Below, one piece after another: positions 20,267 to 28,851 of a stretch of DNA of 36,695 bases. Source of the DNA: a virus (Duplodnaviria; Heunggongvirae; Uroviricota; Caudoviricetes). The stretch covers positions 1-36,695 of the IMG/VR virus record IMGVR_UViG_2531839665_000016; one strand, 5' to 3'. How positions within the stretch are numbered: position 1 is the first letter of the stretch; each line of letters opens with the position of its first letter. The position numbers were made by a program, and so were the translations under genes. The notes beneath the pieces were generated by a model that did not search any database, had not been told where the DNA came from, and saw nothing but the letters and a program-made list of their open reading frames with translations.

Positions 20267-21442
20267 ATGGATATAACTTGTTTAGAATGTGGCAATGTTC
20301 TTGACGACCCAACTGTAGCTTGCGATAAATGCGGTGCCACGCCTCATGTTGTAGTGCTGGGCAAACAATCGTACTTTCCTATTGGTGCTGTAACAGCAAA
20401 TCTTGAAAAAAATGATTCAAGAGCATTTGATTATCGATTAGGTGAAGTTTGGGATCTAAAAAATGAAGTCACATCTGAATTCATAACCAGAATTGAGAAA
20501 AAATTTAGCCGAAAAAACAAATTTCATAACTTCCTAGACTCAGATCACAACCCTTCATCCATTCCTACGATCCTAAAAAAATACATTAATAAAAATAATG
20601 AATTCATTGATTTATCTAGAGCTATAATAGAGAAGCTTAAACATAATGCTAATAACGAATCGAGAGTTGCCCAACTTCAGGGGGGGAGCGTTGTTTTCAT
20701 CCACTATAAGTCTACCGAACCAGAGGATTTGGGGAAACTTCTAATCGTAATGGTTGATAAACAAAGCGCCTATGACTTTGATTCGGATAAGTTGACCCCA
20801 ACAAGATTAAATCCAATTAATACCGATGCCTTACGGCAGGCTGCGATGTTCGATTTAACTTTATTCGAAGCCAGTTATCCAGAAAACAAGGGTGACTCAT
20901 ATGTACATTTCTTGCAAGGTAAATCTAAAAGCGATTTTTTCAAAGACTCATTAGGTTGCCGACATGATTCGGACAATAAAAGAAGCATTCAGCAATTATT
21001 CAGTGCTATAGATATTTTTGCTAGTAAAAACTCACTCGGTCGTGTACTGCGTGATACTATTGACAATGAAGTTAAATCCTTACTGGAAAAAAAATCAAAA
21101 GATAAACACGGAAATAAGTCCGTTAAGATAGAGGATATTTCAAAAATAATTGACTCATGCCTGACTGATTCACACAAATGTAAGGGAACGTTTGTCGATT
21201 TTGTTAATCTTAATGGTTTCCAGATTGACCCTCAATTTGAACCAACTCCTAAAGCAGCTGAAAGCGCGCTTACAATTGAAGTGGCAGATAACGACAATAA
21301 TTTTAAGTTGAAAATAATGCGTGGAGCTATTGGAGACGAAAAGTCAAATAAGCCTGTAATTCTCACTGACAATAAATGCGAAATTGTGATAAAATTGAGT
21401 CAGGCAAATTATGATGAACTCAAAAGATATAGAGACAGCTAA
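20267..21442 (+). CDS. Zinc-ribbon + YejK/NdpA (NA37)-like nucleoid-associated-protein-family protein; accessory (moron) gene A
   Basis: 391 aa. N-terminal CxxC...CxxC (CLECG...CDKCG). Central region GGSVVFIHY...LIVMV...YVHFLQGKSKSDFFKDSLGC matches my memory of the YejK pattern GGIVLFCHY...YLTFLKG...FFMDFLGA. Lys/Asn-rich, AT-rich coding sequence. Stop overlaps the start of gene B (TAATAATG). Confidence 0.6.
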   Translation: MDITCLECGNVLDDPTVACDKCGATPHVVVLGKQSYFPIGAVTANLEKNDSRAFDYRLGEVWDLKNEVTSEFITRIEKKFSRKNKFHNFLDSDHNPSSIPTILKKYINKNNEFIDLSRAIIEKLKHNANNESRVAQLQGGSVVFIHYKSTEPEDLGKLLIVMVDKQSAYDFDSDKLTPTRLNPINTDALRQAAMFDLTLFEASYPENKGDSYVHFLQGKSKSDFFKDSLGCRHDSDNKRSIQQLFSAIDIFASKNSLGRVLRDTIDNEVKSLLEKKSKDKHGNKSVKIEDISKIIDSCLTDSHKCKGTFVDFVNLNGFQIDPQFEPTPKAAESALTIEVADNDNNFKLKIMRGAIGDEKSNKPVILTDNKCEIVIKLSQANYDELKRYRDS

Positions 21443-21444
21443 TA

Positions 21445-22659
21445 ATGACAATTGCTGATGACTTATCAAGATTAGCGCAGATTATTAACGGAGCCTCAAG
21501 CAGAGTTGAGGGCTACTACACTGTCATAAGTCTTGAAGAAAGCATTGTTATTGTAAATAGTTCTGAAATAATTAGACTGTTACAATCTATAGGTTATAAA
21601 AAGGCAACAACCTGCATCGAAAATAATGAAATTTGGCTAGATCGCCAAGCTTCATCTTGGGATGATGCTATAATTTATGAGAATGTTGAGTCTTTTTGGT
21701 CTAGAGTAAACACCCAAAACGCTCTTCCGAAAAATTATATCATCGGAACGCCGTTAATACTCCCTACTTCTAAGAATGAAAGCATCGAAAAAATCCATAT
21801 TTTCTTTATGTGGAAAGATATCCTTTCATTAATTTCTGATCATCATAACAGTGACTGCTCTGTCTTATTTTTCACCAATGAAGACAAAAGTTATACAGTC
21901 GAACTCACGCATTTTTTACAATATAGCGAGATTAATCGCTTATCGAACTCGTCTCTTAAATATGAAATTATAAAGGAGCTTCTCGACACAATAAAAATCA
22001 ATGATTTACACAAAAGCGAGCGCAAGCTCGTTATACGCTCAGCCATAAACGAAGTATTTAAAGCAAATGGTACGTTCAATTTCTTTGACTTGCTTAACTC
22101 TACTGAACTCGTCAGGAAAAAATATGATGAACTATATGAGATTTACACAAAGAGGTTTTCTGTAAATAAAATTCTTAACGAACTCGATGAGAAAAATCTT
22201 GAGTTCACGAGTAAAATTAACGAATTCATATCATCTAATCAGACAAAAGCATTGACTATTCCCGGTGCATTAATAGCAGCTGGTGGCTTAGTGAAGGCTA
22301 ATGAAACAACCGAAGCAATATTGATTATCGCAGGACTTTGGATGATAAAAAAAGTCAATTACATTTCTATTGAGATATTCAATGAAACATTCGACAACTT
22401 ACGTTCTCGAGTGGAGTCCGCTTTCGATAAGTATTTAAAGTTTGAAGAAAATAAAGAAATCAAAGATAATGCAGATAGTATTAAGAGTAGCATTACAGGT
22501 TTGATTGATAAAGCTAAAAAAAGGATGAGAACTGTTAAATATCTCGCATCAGCCATGTTTTATGGAGGCCTTATTTACGTTGGATATAAACAGTTCCCAG
22601 TCTTTTTTGAAAAATCGGCAGTAAATCTATTTTATTTTTTATGCCATACTATAAGCTAA
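21445..22659 (+). CDS. Hypothetical protein with C-terminal hydrophobic helices; accessory (moron) gene B, putative effector
   Basis: 404 aa, no family recognised. Hydrophobic segments ALTIPGALIAAGGLV...AILIIAGLWMI and YLASAMFYGGLIYVGY near the C-terminus. Translationally coupled to gene A. 3' end overlaps the Q stop convergently by 21 nt. Confidence 0.55.
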   Translation: MTIADDLSRLAQIINGASSRVEGYYTVISLEESIVIVNSSEIIRLLQSIGYKKATTCIENNEIWLDRQASSWDDAIIYENVESFWSRVNTQNALPKNYIIGTPLILPTSKNESIEKIHIFFMWKDILSLISDHHNSDCSVLFFTNEDKSYTVELTHFLQYSEINRLSNSSLKYEIIKELLDTIKINDLHKSERKLVIRSAINEVFKANGTFNFFDLLNSTELVRKKYDELYEIYTKRFSVNKILNELDEKNLEFTSKINEFISSNQTKALTIPGALIAAGGLVKANETTEAILIIAGLWMIKKVNYISIEIFNETFDNLRSRVESAFDKYLKFEENKEIKDNADSIKSSITGLIDKAKKRMRTVKYLASAMFYGGLIYVGYKQFPVFFEKSAVNLFYFLCHTIS

Positions 22660-23010
22660 CATTGCTAAACAGCCATCAACAAACCCCATTGCAGTTTGCA
22701 GTTCCTTCCTAATTGTGCCATCAGAGCATTTTCTCTTCTTCGCAATAGTGCGTAATGAGATACCGATAACAAAGTGGGCGATGATGAGCTCATATTCCTC
22801 TGGTTTATACCTTCTCAACCGAGCCACACAACTGTCTATCATGATGCCTTCGTCATCATCACACTGAATCCGTGACTTTTTGCCATGAGGTAAAAGTCCC
22901 TTGAAACCAGCCGCTATCGGCTGCCAGTCCACTCCGCTATTGTCTGAAGCAGCCCAAGCTCCCCAACGATCCATTACTTCATACATATCACGCATCAACT
23001 TTCTCCACAA
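22639..23010 (-). CDS. Late-gene antiterminator Q (QuuD / phage-82-type Q family)
   Basis: 123 aa; MRDMYEVMDRWGAWAA...IAAGFKGLL...CSDG motif resembles my recollection of DLP12 QuuD; located upstream of the lysis genes. True start may be MRDMYEV at 22995. Confidence 0.75.
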   Translation of the reverse strand: MWRKLMRDMYEVMDRWGAWAASDNSGVDWQPIAAGFKGLLPHGKKSRIQCDDDEGIMIDSCVARLRRYKPEEYELIIAHFVIGISLRTIAKKRKCSDGTIRKELQTAMGFVDGCLAMLAYSMA

Positions 23011-23012
23011 AA

Positions 23013-24008
23013 TCAGGCCAGCACACCAATTGCCAGCGCACGATCGATAAAACGAAATATCAACTCCAGCTGGGAGCCATACTTCTCTTCAAATGCCACG
23101 GTATCCGCATGCAGCTCGTCGTGATGCTTTCTGCACAAAGGCAGCACAAAGAGATCATGCGCTTTTGTACCCATTCCCCCCTGACCGTGGCCTATCAGAT
23201 GGTGGGGATCATCAGCAGGCTTTCCACAACATGCACACGGCTGCGTCTTAACCCAGCGCGTGTACTTTTCATTAACCCAGCGGCGACGTTTTGGGCGTAA
23301 CATAAAAGACTCCGGCGACTCCGGATCCACTTTCAGCGCCAGCACCTTTTTAGCTTTATCCTGGATGATGCTGGTGGCAGGAACCGAAGGCACAAGGTCA
23401 CTTTCCCGGGTGACAGATGGCACAACAGGCTTCGGTAATCTCAGTGCCTTACGGGCTGCACTTTCCGGTAAGGCATCCGCCAGATCATTACGAACCAGCC
23501 ACCAGCACAGTTCCGGCATTGTCACAACGTGACTGTCATCAAAACCGAGATCCCGACGCACGACAGACAACACCCAGCGGGCACAGTTATCCGTTGCCAT
23601 TGATTCCAGCCGTTCCGTGAACTGGTCACGCAGCTGGTTATCGCAGTGCCAGCACAGACGAATTGCTCCCGGAGCGTGCCGCATTGTGGTCATGTTCTCG
23701 CTGTGCCAGTCAGAATGAGGCCACTGACAGCCCTTTTCACGAAGTAACCAGCTTTCAAGACATTCCACGCCACCAGCACGACGGATCACTGCCTCATTGC
23801 GGAACACGGTCCGAACGGCAGGATCATCCGCCAGCGGTTGTGATGCCGCCGGAACGGCACCACTGGCGAAAGATGAATAACGTTCCGGCTCTGGCTCCAG
23901 CAGGACACGCCCCTGCATAAACAGGGGCATCAGCTCTGAACCTGGCCTGAACAATACGATCCCCATACGCGGGGCAATTTCAGGCGTCAGTAGTGCTCTC
24001 ACGGTCAC
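23013..24008 (-). CDS. DUF968-family protein (YdfU/YbcO-like) with C-terminal HNH-like Cys/His motif
   Basis: 331 aa; C-terminal CACCGK...HHLIGH...CRKHHDELH; typical position between nin-region genes and Q in lambdoid prophages. Confidence 0.65.
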   Translation of the reverse strand: MTVRALLTPEIAPRMGIVLFRPGSELMPLFMQGRVLLEPEPERYSSFASGAVPAASQPLADDPAVRTVFRNEAVIRRAGGVECLESWLLREKGCQWPHSDWHSENMTTMRHAPGAIRLCWHCDNQLRDQFTERLESMATDNCARWVLSVVRRDLGFDDSHVVTMPELCWWLVRNDLADALPESAARKALRLPKPVVPSVTRESDLVPSVPATSIIQDKAKKVLALKVDPESPESFMLRPKRRRWVNEKYTRWVKTQPCACCGKPADDPHHLIGHGQGGMGTKAHDLFVLPLCRKHHDELHADTVAFEEKYGSQLELIFRFIDRALAIGVLA

Positions 24009-24009
24009 C

Positions 24010-24807
24010 TCAATGAACGGTATCGAGTAGCTTTAACAGCTCAGGGAATCGGGATTCGAAGAAATGCGGCTGCGTCTCGCGCGGATTTGCGGGACTGGTG
24101 ATGTTCTTGCCGAACATGCAGCCTTTCGCCGTCAGCGACCAGAATTTTTTGATGTTGTTAATCGCGGTACGGCTGTATCGTTCGCGCTGCTCGACGATCC
24201 CCAGCTTCACCATCTGGTGATATGCCTGATTAGCTGTCAGGCGGATACCATACTGCTTCAGCAGTGCACTCAGTGACAGCGTGGGGCGGCTTGAGCCATC
24301 AGGCGCGTCAGCAGGAGCATCAATGGCATAGCGCGGTGCCAGATTCGGTAAGCCAACAGCCTCCTGGAGTTTCTGACAGGCTCCAAGCACTGAAGAGTTA
24401 GACAGATTTAACTCCCGGCGCATAAAGTCCAGCAGAATCACGCCAGCCTGCATCTTGTCAGCAGCCTGTCCGGATAATTTTTCAGGTGCGCTGGTTACCA
24501 TGTCGAAAGTACGGATCACCTTCAGATGGAATGACGGGCTGATCCACATTGCATAGGCATACACCAGTTCTTTGCAGACATACGTCCCCTGGTTATTTCC
24601 GCCACGAATAACGTTAACTGGCTCTATATTGACCGAGTTGCAAATCTGCAACTCGCTTATTAAACGTTCAGTTTGCTCATTGCGGAGCCAGAATGCAGGC
24701 TTATGCTTATCCAGAGAACCGGCAGCCCTGTGCAGATCGTTCAGGCTGTAACGACCATAAGCATCACGACGAACTTCAATACCATCAATGACCATCAGAT
24801 TATTCAT
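24010..24807 (-). CDS. KilA-N domain protein (Roi-like)
   Basis: 265 aa; N-terminal KilA-N-like region (DGIEVRRDAYGRYSLNDLHRAAG...KPAFWLRN). Confidence 0.6.
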   Translation of the reverse strand: MNNLMVIDGIEVRRDAYGRYSLNDLHRAAGSLDKHKPAFWLRNEQTERLISELQICNSVNIEPVNVIRGGNNQGTYVCKELVYAYAMWISPSFHLKVIRTFDMVTSAPEKLSGQAADKMQAGVILLDFMRRELNLSNSSVLGACQKLQEAVGLPNLAPRYAIDAPADAPDGSSRPTLSLSALLKQYGIRLTANQAYHQMVKLGIVEQRERYSRTAINNIKKFWSLTAKGCMFGKNITSPANPRETQPHFFESRFPELLKLLDTVH

Positions 24808-24826
24808 ACTTCGTTTCTCCTCTTAA

Positions 24827-25216
24827 TCAGGCGGCTGCACCCGCCGATTTCTCGTACTTACTGATAGTGATCTCGACCTTCCCTTCCGGGATAACCGGTC
24901 CCCACTCCACCAGCATTCTTTTCACCTGACTGTCGTCTTCCCACACACCCGCGTGGGTCAGGGCGTCAAACAGCGCCTTGTTATAGTTGTCCAGATCGCG
25001 GATCCGGTTATCCGGAGGAAACAACACGATCTCCACTGAAGCTGGTGCCGACGTTGGTTTCGGCAGACGGCGTAACTGCTCAATGATGGCGGCACACGCC
25101 GCGCCCTGGAATTTACGCCCCGCCGCGCTTATCAGGCTCTTACCTGCAAAAGCCCCTTTGTTGGGGTGTCGCCAGTACGTGTTCACGCTGGGGGGAAACG
25201 GCAGGATCAGCTTCAT
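24827..25216 (-). CDS. rusA: Holliday junction resolvase RusA
   Basis: 129 aa; RusA-like pattern (PPSVNTYWRH...RDLDNYNKALFDALTHAGVWEDDSQV). Confidence 0.8.
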   Translation of the reverse strand: MKLILPFPPSVNTYWRHPNKGAFAGKSLISAAGRKFQGAACAAIIEQLRRLPKPTSAPASVEIVLFPPDNRIRDLDNYNKALFDALTHAGVWEDDSQVKRMLVEWGPVIPEGKVEITISKYEKSAGAAA

Positions 25217-25539
25217 ACTTTCAGGCCCCTCTCATGTAACCAGTGGGCTGCACGCAGCCTGCCGTTTTCCTCACCGGCAAGCAGTGCGCGGATAATCCCG
25301 ACCGCCTCGCTGTCGTCGTCCTTCACCGCGGTATGAAGAGTTATCCCCCGGGCCACGCCACGCTTTATCGTGATGACGCCTTTTTTCTCCAGTGCGCGAA
25401 GATGCTCCACCGCTGCATTCACCGAACGGTATCCCAGCATGGTTGCCACCTCCTGATTGGTTGGCGGAAAGCCACGTTCTTGCTGGTAAGAAATCAGCAT
25501 ATCCAGCACCTGCTGCTGGCATTGAGTTAACGTCGTCAT
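25213..25539 (-). CDS. LexA-N-terminal-like DNA-binding protein
   Basis: 108 aa; winged-helix resembling the LexA DNA-binding domain (QQVLDMLISYQQERGFPPTNQEVATMLGYRSVNAAVEHLRALEKKGVI). Confidence 0.5.
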   Translation of the reverse strand: MTTLTQCQQQVLDMLISYQQERGFPPTNQEVATMLGYRSVNAAVEHLRALEKKGVITIKRGVARGITLHTAVKDDDSEAVGIIRALLAGEENGRLRAAHWLHERGLKV

Positions 25540-26188
25540 GCCGCCATCTCCCTGACCAGTTTTTCCGCCTGCTGGCGAACCTGCGCCAGAAAGGCCTCAC
25601 CACATGCCTCAAGTTCATCGCGCCCGATGTAGCTGATTGCCGATCCCTTCCAGGTCTTGTCGAAAACAGCAATAGCACCAGCGAAGAAAGCACCTGTCGG
25701 CACCTGCTTCTCGTCCTTCGGTATAAACCAGGCAGGTAGTTCAAAACCAATACGCCCGCGAATAAAAGCAATATGATCTGCATCTTCCGGCCACCACACT
25801 TCGCTGGTAGCTGCTTTGATCAAGAAAACATAGCGCCCGCCTTTATCACGCATGGCACTGGCATGCTTCATGATGTAACGCATGCCGGTGATGTATTGCC
25901 CCTCATGCTGACTGGCGCGGCTGTATGGGGGATTACCAAAGGCAGCACCTTTAAGCTCCGCAAGACGTTCTGACCAGTCATGCGCCAGCGCGTTGTCTTC
26001 CGCCGTGTAATACGCGGCACATTTGGCGTTATCACCGTCAGTGAACAGATCCAGAACAAACGGGCCAAACAGGGTGTTAATTCCCCAGAAAATGTTGTCC
26101 GGCGTGCGCCACTGATCGCCCACTTCCTTCAGTTCATGGGCTGGTTTGTTCCGCAGTTCCACCAGCGCCTGCCAATATTTATTACTCA
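25536..26188 (-). CDS. Phage N6-adenine DNA methyltransferase (Dam-like)
   Basis: NPPY catalytic motif (GNPPYS). Start chosen at MSNKYW (ATG 26188, GGGGG Shine-Dalgarno, abutting the upstream stop) rather than the ORF-track start at 26222. Confidence 0.7.
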
Positions 26189-26683
26189 TTAAGCCCCCAC
26201 GTAATTCCCTGACAGATACCACTCATCACCCGATACAGCGCACTTGCTGCTTTTCCGTAAGCACCGCTCACGGCGCGCCAGAAAATTGTTTCGTTCTGGC
26301 TGGGAGTGGCTTTCACGGAATGCCGCCATCCACACGGTTGCAGCACGACGGTATAAGCCCCTGGACTCCAGTTCTTCAGCCTGGCGGGTCAGGCACAAAA
26401 TTACCCGTGGATCGTTAGTGCCGACATAGAAATTGCGCACAGGTCTGGTTTCACGAACTGGTTGTGGTTCCGGCTCCTGCGCTCTCTCAGTCAGGCGCGG
26501 GAAATGTCTGCGTGTATCTCCTTCACAACGGTGAGCCACACGCCCACTCTGACGTAACTTGCTTGCTGACTGCAGAACGCGCTGCCGTGAGTAACCTGCA
26601 AAAGCATCCGCAATGTCTCCGGAAGTACACCCCGGATGGGCTTCAATGAATTTCTGAACGTCATTTAACAGACTCATGATCAC
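26189..26683 (-). CDS. PerC/Pch-family transcriptional regulator-like protein
   Basis: 164 aa; C-terminal ELESRGLYRRAATVWMAAF resembles the PerC signature (KGLWRRAA..W); N-terminal helix-turn-helix-like region. Confidence 0.45.
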   Translation of the reverse strand: MIMSLLNDVQKFIEAHPGCTSGDIADAFAGYSRQRVLQSASKLRQSGRVAHRCEGDTRRHFPRLTERAQEPEPQPVRETRPVRNFYVGTNDPRVILCLTRQAEELESRGLYRRAATVWMAAFRESHSQPERNNFLARRERCLRKSSKCAVSGDEWYLSGNYVGA

Positions 26684-27621
26684 CCCCTGAATCCTGCCGG
26701 GATCTGGCTGTAGTCCACATTGTCGTAACTGGATTTGAAGTACGGGTCTTCGCGTTTTTCGGTGTACGTGCTTACGGACGGCGATAAGCGCAGGGAAAGC
26801 TCATCCCATTTTTCCCGCAGCTTCGACGGGCTGAGCACGTTACGGCACCAGAACGGATCGCGGCTGACGCGGCTGTACATCTCGCAGATTTGTTTGTGAG
26901 TACGACCATCCTGCACACACATCAGGCGAATTTCGTTTGCCCAGGCTGTCCAGTTCGGTTCTTTGGGACGAACCACCTCGCCGTCACATTCGGCAGCCTG
27001 CTCGTACAGGGCGATGATTTTTTTCCAGAGCCACTGTGCGCAGGTCAAATCATCCTGCGTCCCCCACTGGCGCTTTTTAGGGCTGAATACAACCGCATCA
27101 GGATGGCGAGTTAAAAAATCCTGTTCAGCCGTCTGCGTGTCCGGTTGCGAAGCGTCCGGACGAGAAGGTTTTTTATCTGACGGATCATGTTTTGATTTTA
27201 CTGACGGATCCCCGCCAGATTCTGACGGGTGAAAACCTGCTTTTTTGCCAGATTTCGACGCATCAAATTTTGACGGGTCAGATTTTGATGCGTCAGATTT
27301 TGACGGGTCAGAATCTGACAGTTGAGAAAATGCCGCTGCCTGAAGCTTCGCAACGTTAAGCTGATAAACATTCGACGCATTGCGGTTACCCTGGCGACGC
27401 GCCTTACGCGTTAACCAGCCTTCTGCTTCCAGCCGTGCGATAGCCGTTCTGACGGTACTCATCCCCGCGCCAATCTGACGGGCAATGGTTTCAATTGATG
27501 GCCAGCACACACCTTCGTCATTACTGAAATCAGCCAGGCGGGCCATAATTGCCACGCTGGATAACTTCATGCCTGATGCAGCGCAACCATCCCATACATA
27601 GCCGGTTAATTTAGTGCTCAT
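26680..27621 (-). CDS. Putative replication initiation protein (N-terminal HTH; iteron array encoded in the linker)
   Basis: 313 aa; N-terminal winged-helix-like region; internal repetitive SDSDPSKSDASKSDPSKFDASKSG encoded by DNA direct repeats; occupies the lambda O-equivalent position downstream of cro and the cII-position genes. Confidence 0.5.
   Translation of the reverse strand: MSTKLTGYVWDGCAASGMKLSSVAIMARLADFSNDEGVCWPSIETIARQIGAGMSTVRTAIARLEAEGWLTRKARRQGNRNASNVYQLNVAKLQAAAFSQLSDSDPSKSDASKSDPSKFDASKSGKKAGFHPSESGGDPSVKSKHDPSDKKPSRPDASQPDTQTAEQDFLTRHPDAVVFSPKKRQWGTQDDLTCAQWLWKKIIALYEQAAECDGEVVRPKEPNWTAWANEIRLMCVQDGRTHKQICEMYSRVSRDPFWCRNVLSPSKLREKWDELSLRLSPSVSTYTEKREDPYFKSSYDNVDYSQIPAGFRG
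27176..27321. repeat. Iteron-like direct repeats (about 7-8 copies of a GATTTTGACGGGTCAGA-type unit, 16-20 bp period); candidate phage replication origin
   Basis: Repeats read directly from the sequence: tctgacggatca, actgacggatcc, tctgacgggtga, ttcgacgcatca, ttttgacgggtca, ttttgatgcgtca, ttttgacgggtca, tctgacag. Confidence 0.55.
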
Positions 27622-27630
27622 GACCGACCT

Positions 27631-27969
27631 CTATTTCCCTGAATTTACGACGAAACTGTTCGAGCGGACTGAAGCATTCATGCTCATAACCTTCGCGGAG
27701 GTAGATAACCCGTTGTGTTTCCGGTTCCCAACGAATGACTCTGACGGGCACTCCGTAGTGATCTTTGAACCAGCGGTTAACTTGTCGCAAAGGACTGCCT
27801 CCTTCTGCCGGTTGAAATCACCCACAGCCCACTCTGCAAAGCTGTGGGTTACAATTTCCCTGTCACCTGGTACATTCACTGCATAGCAATACTCCACCTT
27901 CGCTTTTCCACCCGGAACCGGAAGCGCAATCAGTTGCGAGCGACGGTAGTGTGTTGTTAAACTGTTCAT
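27631..27969 (-). CDS. Hypothetical early protein
   Basis: 112 aa ORF co-oriented with the early-right operon, 4 nt overlap with the upstream gene; no family recognised. Confidence 0.35.
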   Translation of the reverse strand: MNSLTTHYRRSQLIALPVPGGKAKVEYCYAVNVPGDREIVTHSFAEWAVGDFNRQKEAVLCDKLTAGSKITTECPSESFVGNRKHNGLSTSAKVMSMNASVRSNSFVVNSGK

Positions 27970-28529
27970 GCGTTAGTTTCTCCACAGTCACGACACGCCA
28001 CGGCGCCCGGAGCTGCACACTCGCGGGCGTCACTACTTTCTGAAACGCAAAAGATTTTGTAGACCAGTGCTGCATGCTCCTGCAGCTTCGAAATTGAGAG
28101 GTACAGCTCATCGTTAATTGCTGTCTTCTCATGCGGTTCCACTACACTGTCTTCAATTGCTGAACGAATCTGTTTTGAATAACTGCCGATCTGTTCAATG
28201 ACCTCCAGCAGGCGTTGGTTGATATCGGCATTGTCCACATCCTCGACGTCAGGAAGAGACACAAAGACGCCATTTGCAGACTGCGCCACAGCATCAGCAA
28301 TGAAGTGAGTGCCACCAGCACGCTGCAAAACCATTGCCCATCCCAGCGGGAAAATCTGATCGCCATCTGCACGAAGGCGGTTGAATAAAGCGTTTTCTGT
28401 TACATCGAGCCAGTCAGCCGCTTCAGCGTAACCACCCGGCAACGCCGCGATAGTTTTTCTGACAGCTTTCACGTACCACTCAGGCTGTTTTTCTATTTTC
28501 CAGTGATGCTTACCCACGATTAGCCTCAT
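27966..28529 (-). CDS. Hypothetical early protein at the cII position (possibly YdaT/cII-like)
   Basis: 187 aa; immediately downstream of the cro-like gene; Cys-rich C-terminus; family assignment uncertain. Confidence 0.4.
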   Translation of the reverse strand: MRLIVGKHHWKIEKQPEWYVKAVRKTIAALPGGYAEAADWLDVTENALFNRLRADGDQIFPLGWAMVLQRAGGTHFIADAVAQSANGVFVSLPDVEDVDNADINQRLLEVIEQIGSYSKQIRSAIEDSVVEPHEKTAINDELYLSISKLQEHAALVYKIFCVSESSDARECAAPGAVACRDCGETNA

Positions 28530-28560
28530 CGTTCTGTGGTTAAAAATTGAAAGTGTTCTG

Positions 28561-28761
28561 CTAATCTTTCGGATAGATATCCGGTCTTAAGTCAGATTTC
28601 GTAATTGCACCTGATGTGTATTGCTCAAGTTTTTTAGCCAGCACAAAACTGGCTTTTTTATAGCCATTGAAAACCAGCCGTAAGTAGCCAGGTGTTGAGC
28701 CAACTTTTCCGGCCAACTCGCCCTGCTGTTCTTTGGTTAAAGAGTCCCAATACGCTTTCAT
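28561..28761 (-). CDS. Cro-like repressor (YdaS-like HTH)
   Basis: 66 aa from MKAYWDSLTKEQQ...LRPDIYPKD; GGAGGT Shine-Dalgarno about 10 nt upstream of ATG 28761; divergent from cI. Confidence 0.7.
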   Translation of the reverse strand: MKAYWDSLTKEQQGELAGKVGSTPGYLRLVFNGYKKASFVLAKKLEQYTSGAITKSDLRPDIYPKD

Positions 28762-28764
28762 ACA

Positions 28765-28836
28765 ATATGTACCTCCGGTGTACATATTACATGATTGAAA
28801 TGAACCTTCAAGATACTTGCACCTTAACGGTACAAG
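28765..28836. promoter_or_regulatory. cI-cro intergenic operator/promoter region with two palindromes (ATATGTAC-N7-GTACATAT at 28765-28787; CTTGCACC-N5-GGTACAAG at 28816-28836)
   Basis: Inverted repeats read directly from the sequence between divergent cro-like and cI genes. Confidence 0.55.
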
Positions 28837-28851
28837 GGTTTTAATTTCGTT

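Noticed and set aside
20989-22556. Short minus-strand ORFs (20989-21177, 21891-22079, 22359-22556) antisense to the inserted operon
   Set aside because: Low-complexity AT-rich translations inside longer, coupled plus-strand genes; no start or ribosome-binding-site support.
20267-22659. Possibility that the inserted operon encodes a Shiga-like toxin or other known moron at the Q-S site
   Set aside because: No resemblance to Stx A/B subunits (no signal peptides, wrong sizes) and no resemblance to known lambdoid morons such as lom, bor or nmpC-type porins.
27198-27380. 60-aa minus-strand ORF and other short ORFs across the iteron region, and the idea that the tandem repeats are a CRISPR-like array
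   Set aside because: The repeats are in frame within the larger replication gene and have no spacer-repeat architecture with unique spacers; the periodicity and sequence are iteron-like.
27614-27886. 90-aa plus-strand ORF overlapping the 112-aa minus-strand early ORF
   Set aside because: Opposite to the direction of the early-right operon; the minus-strand ORF is kept, with low confidence, on synteny alone.
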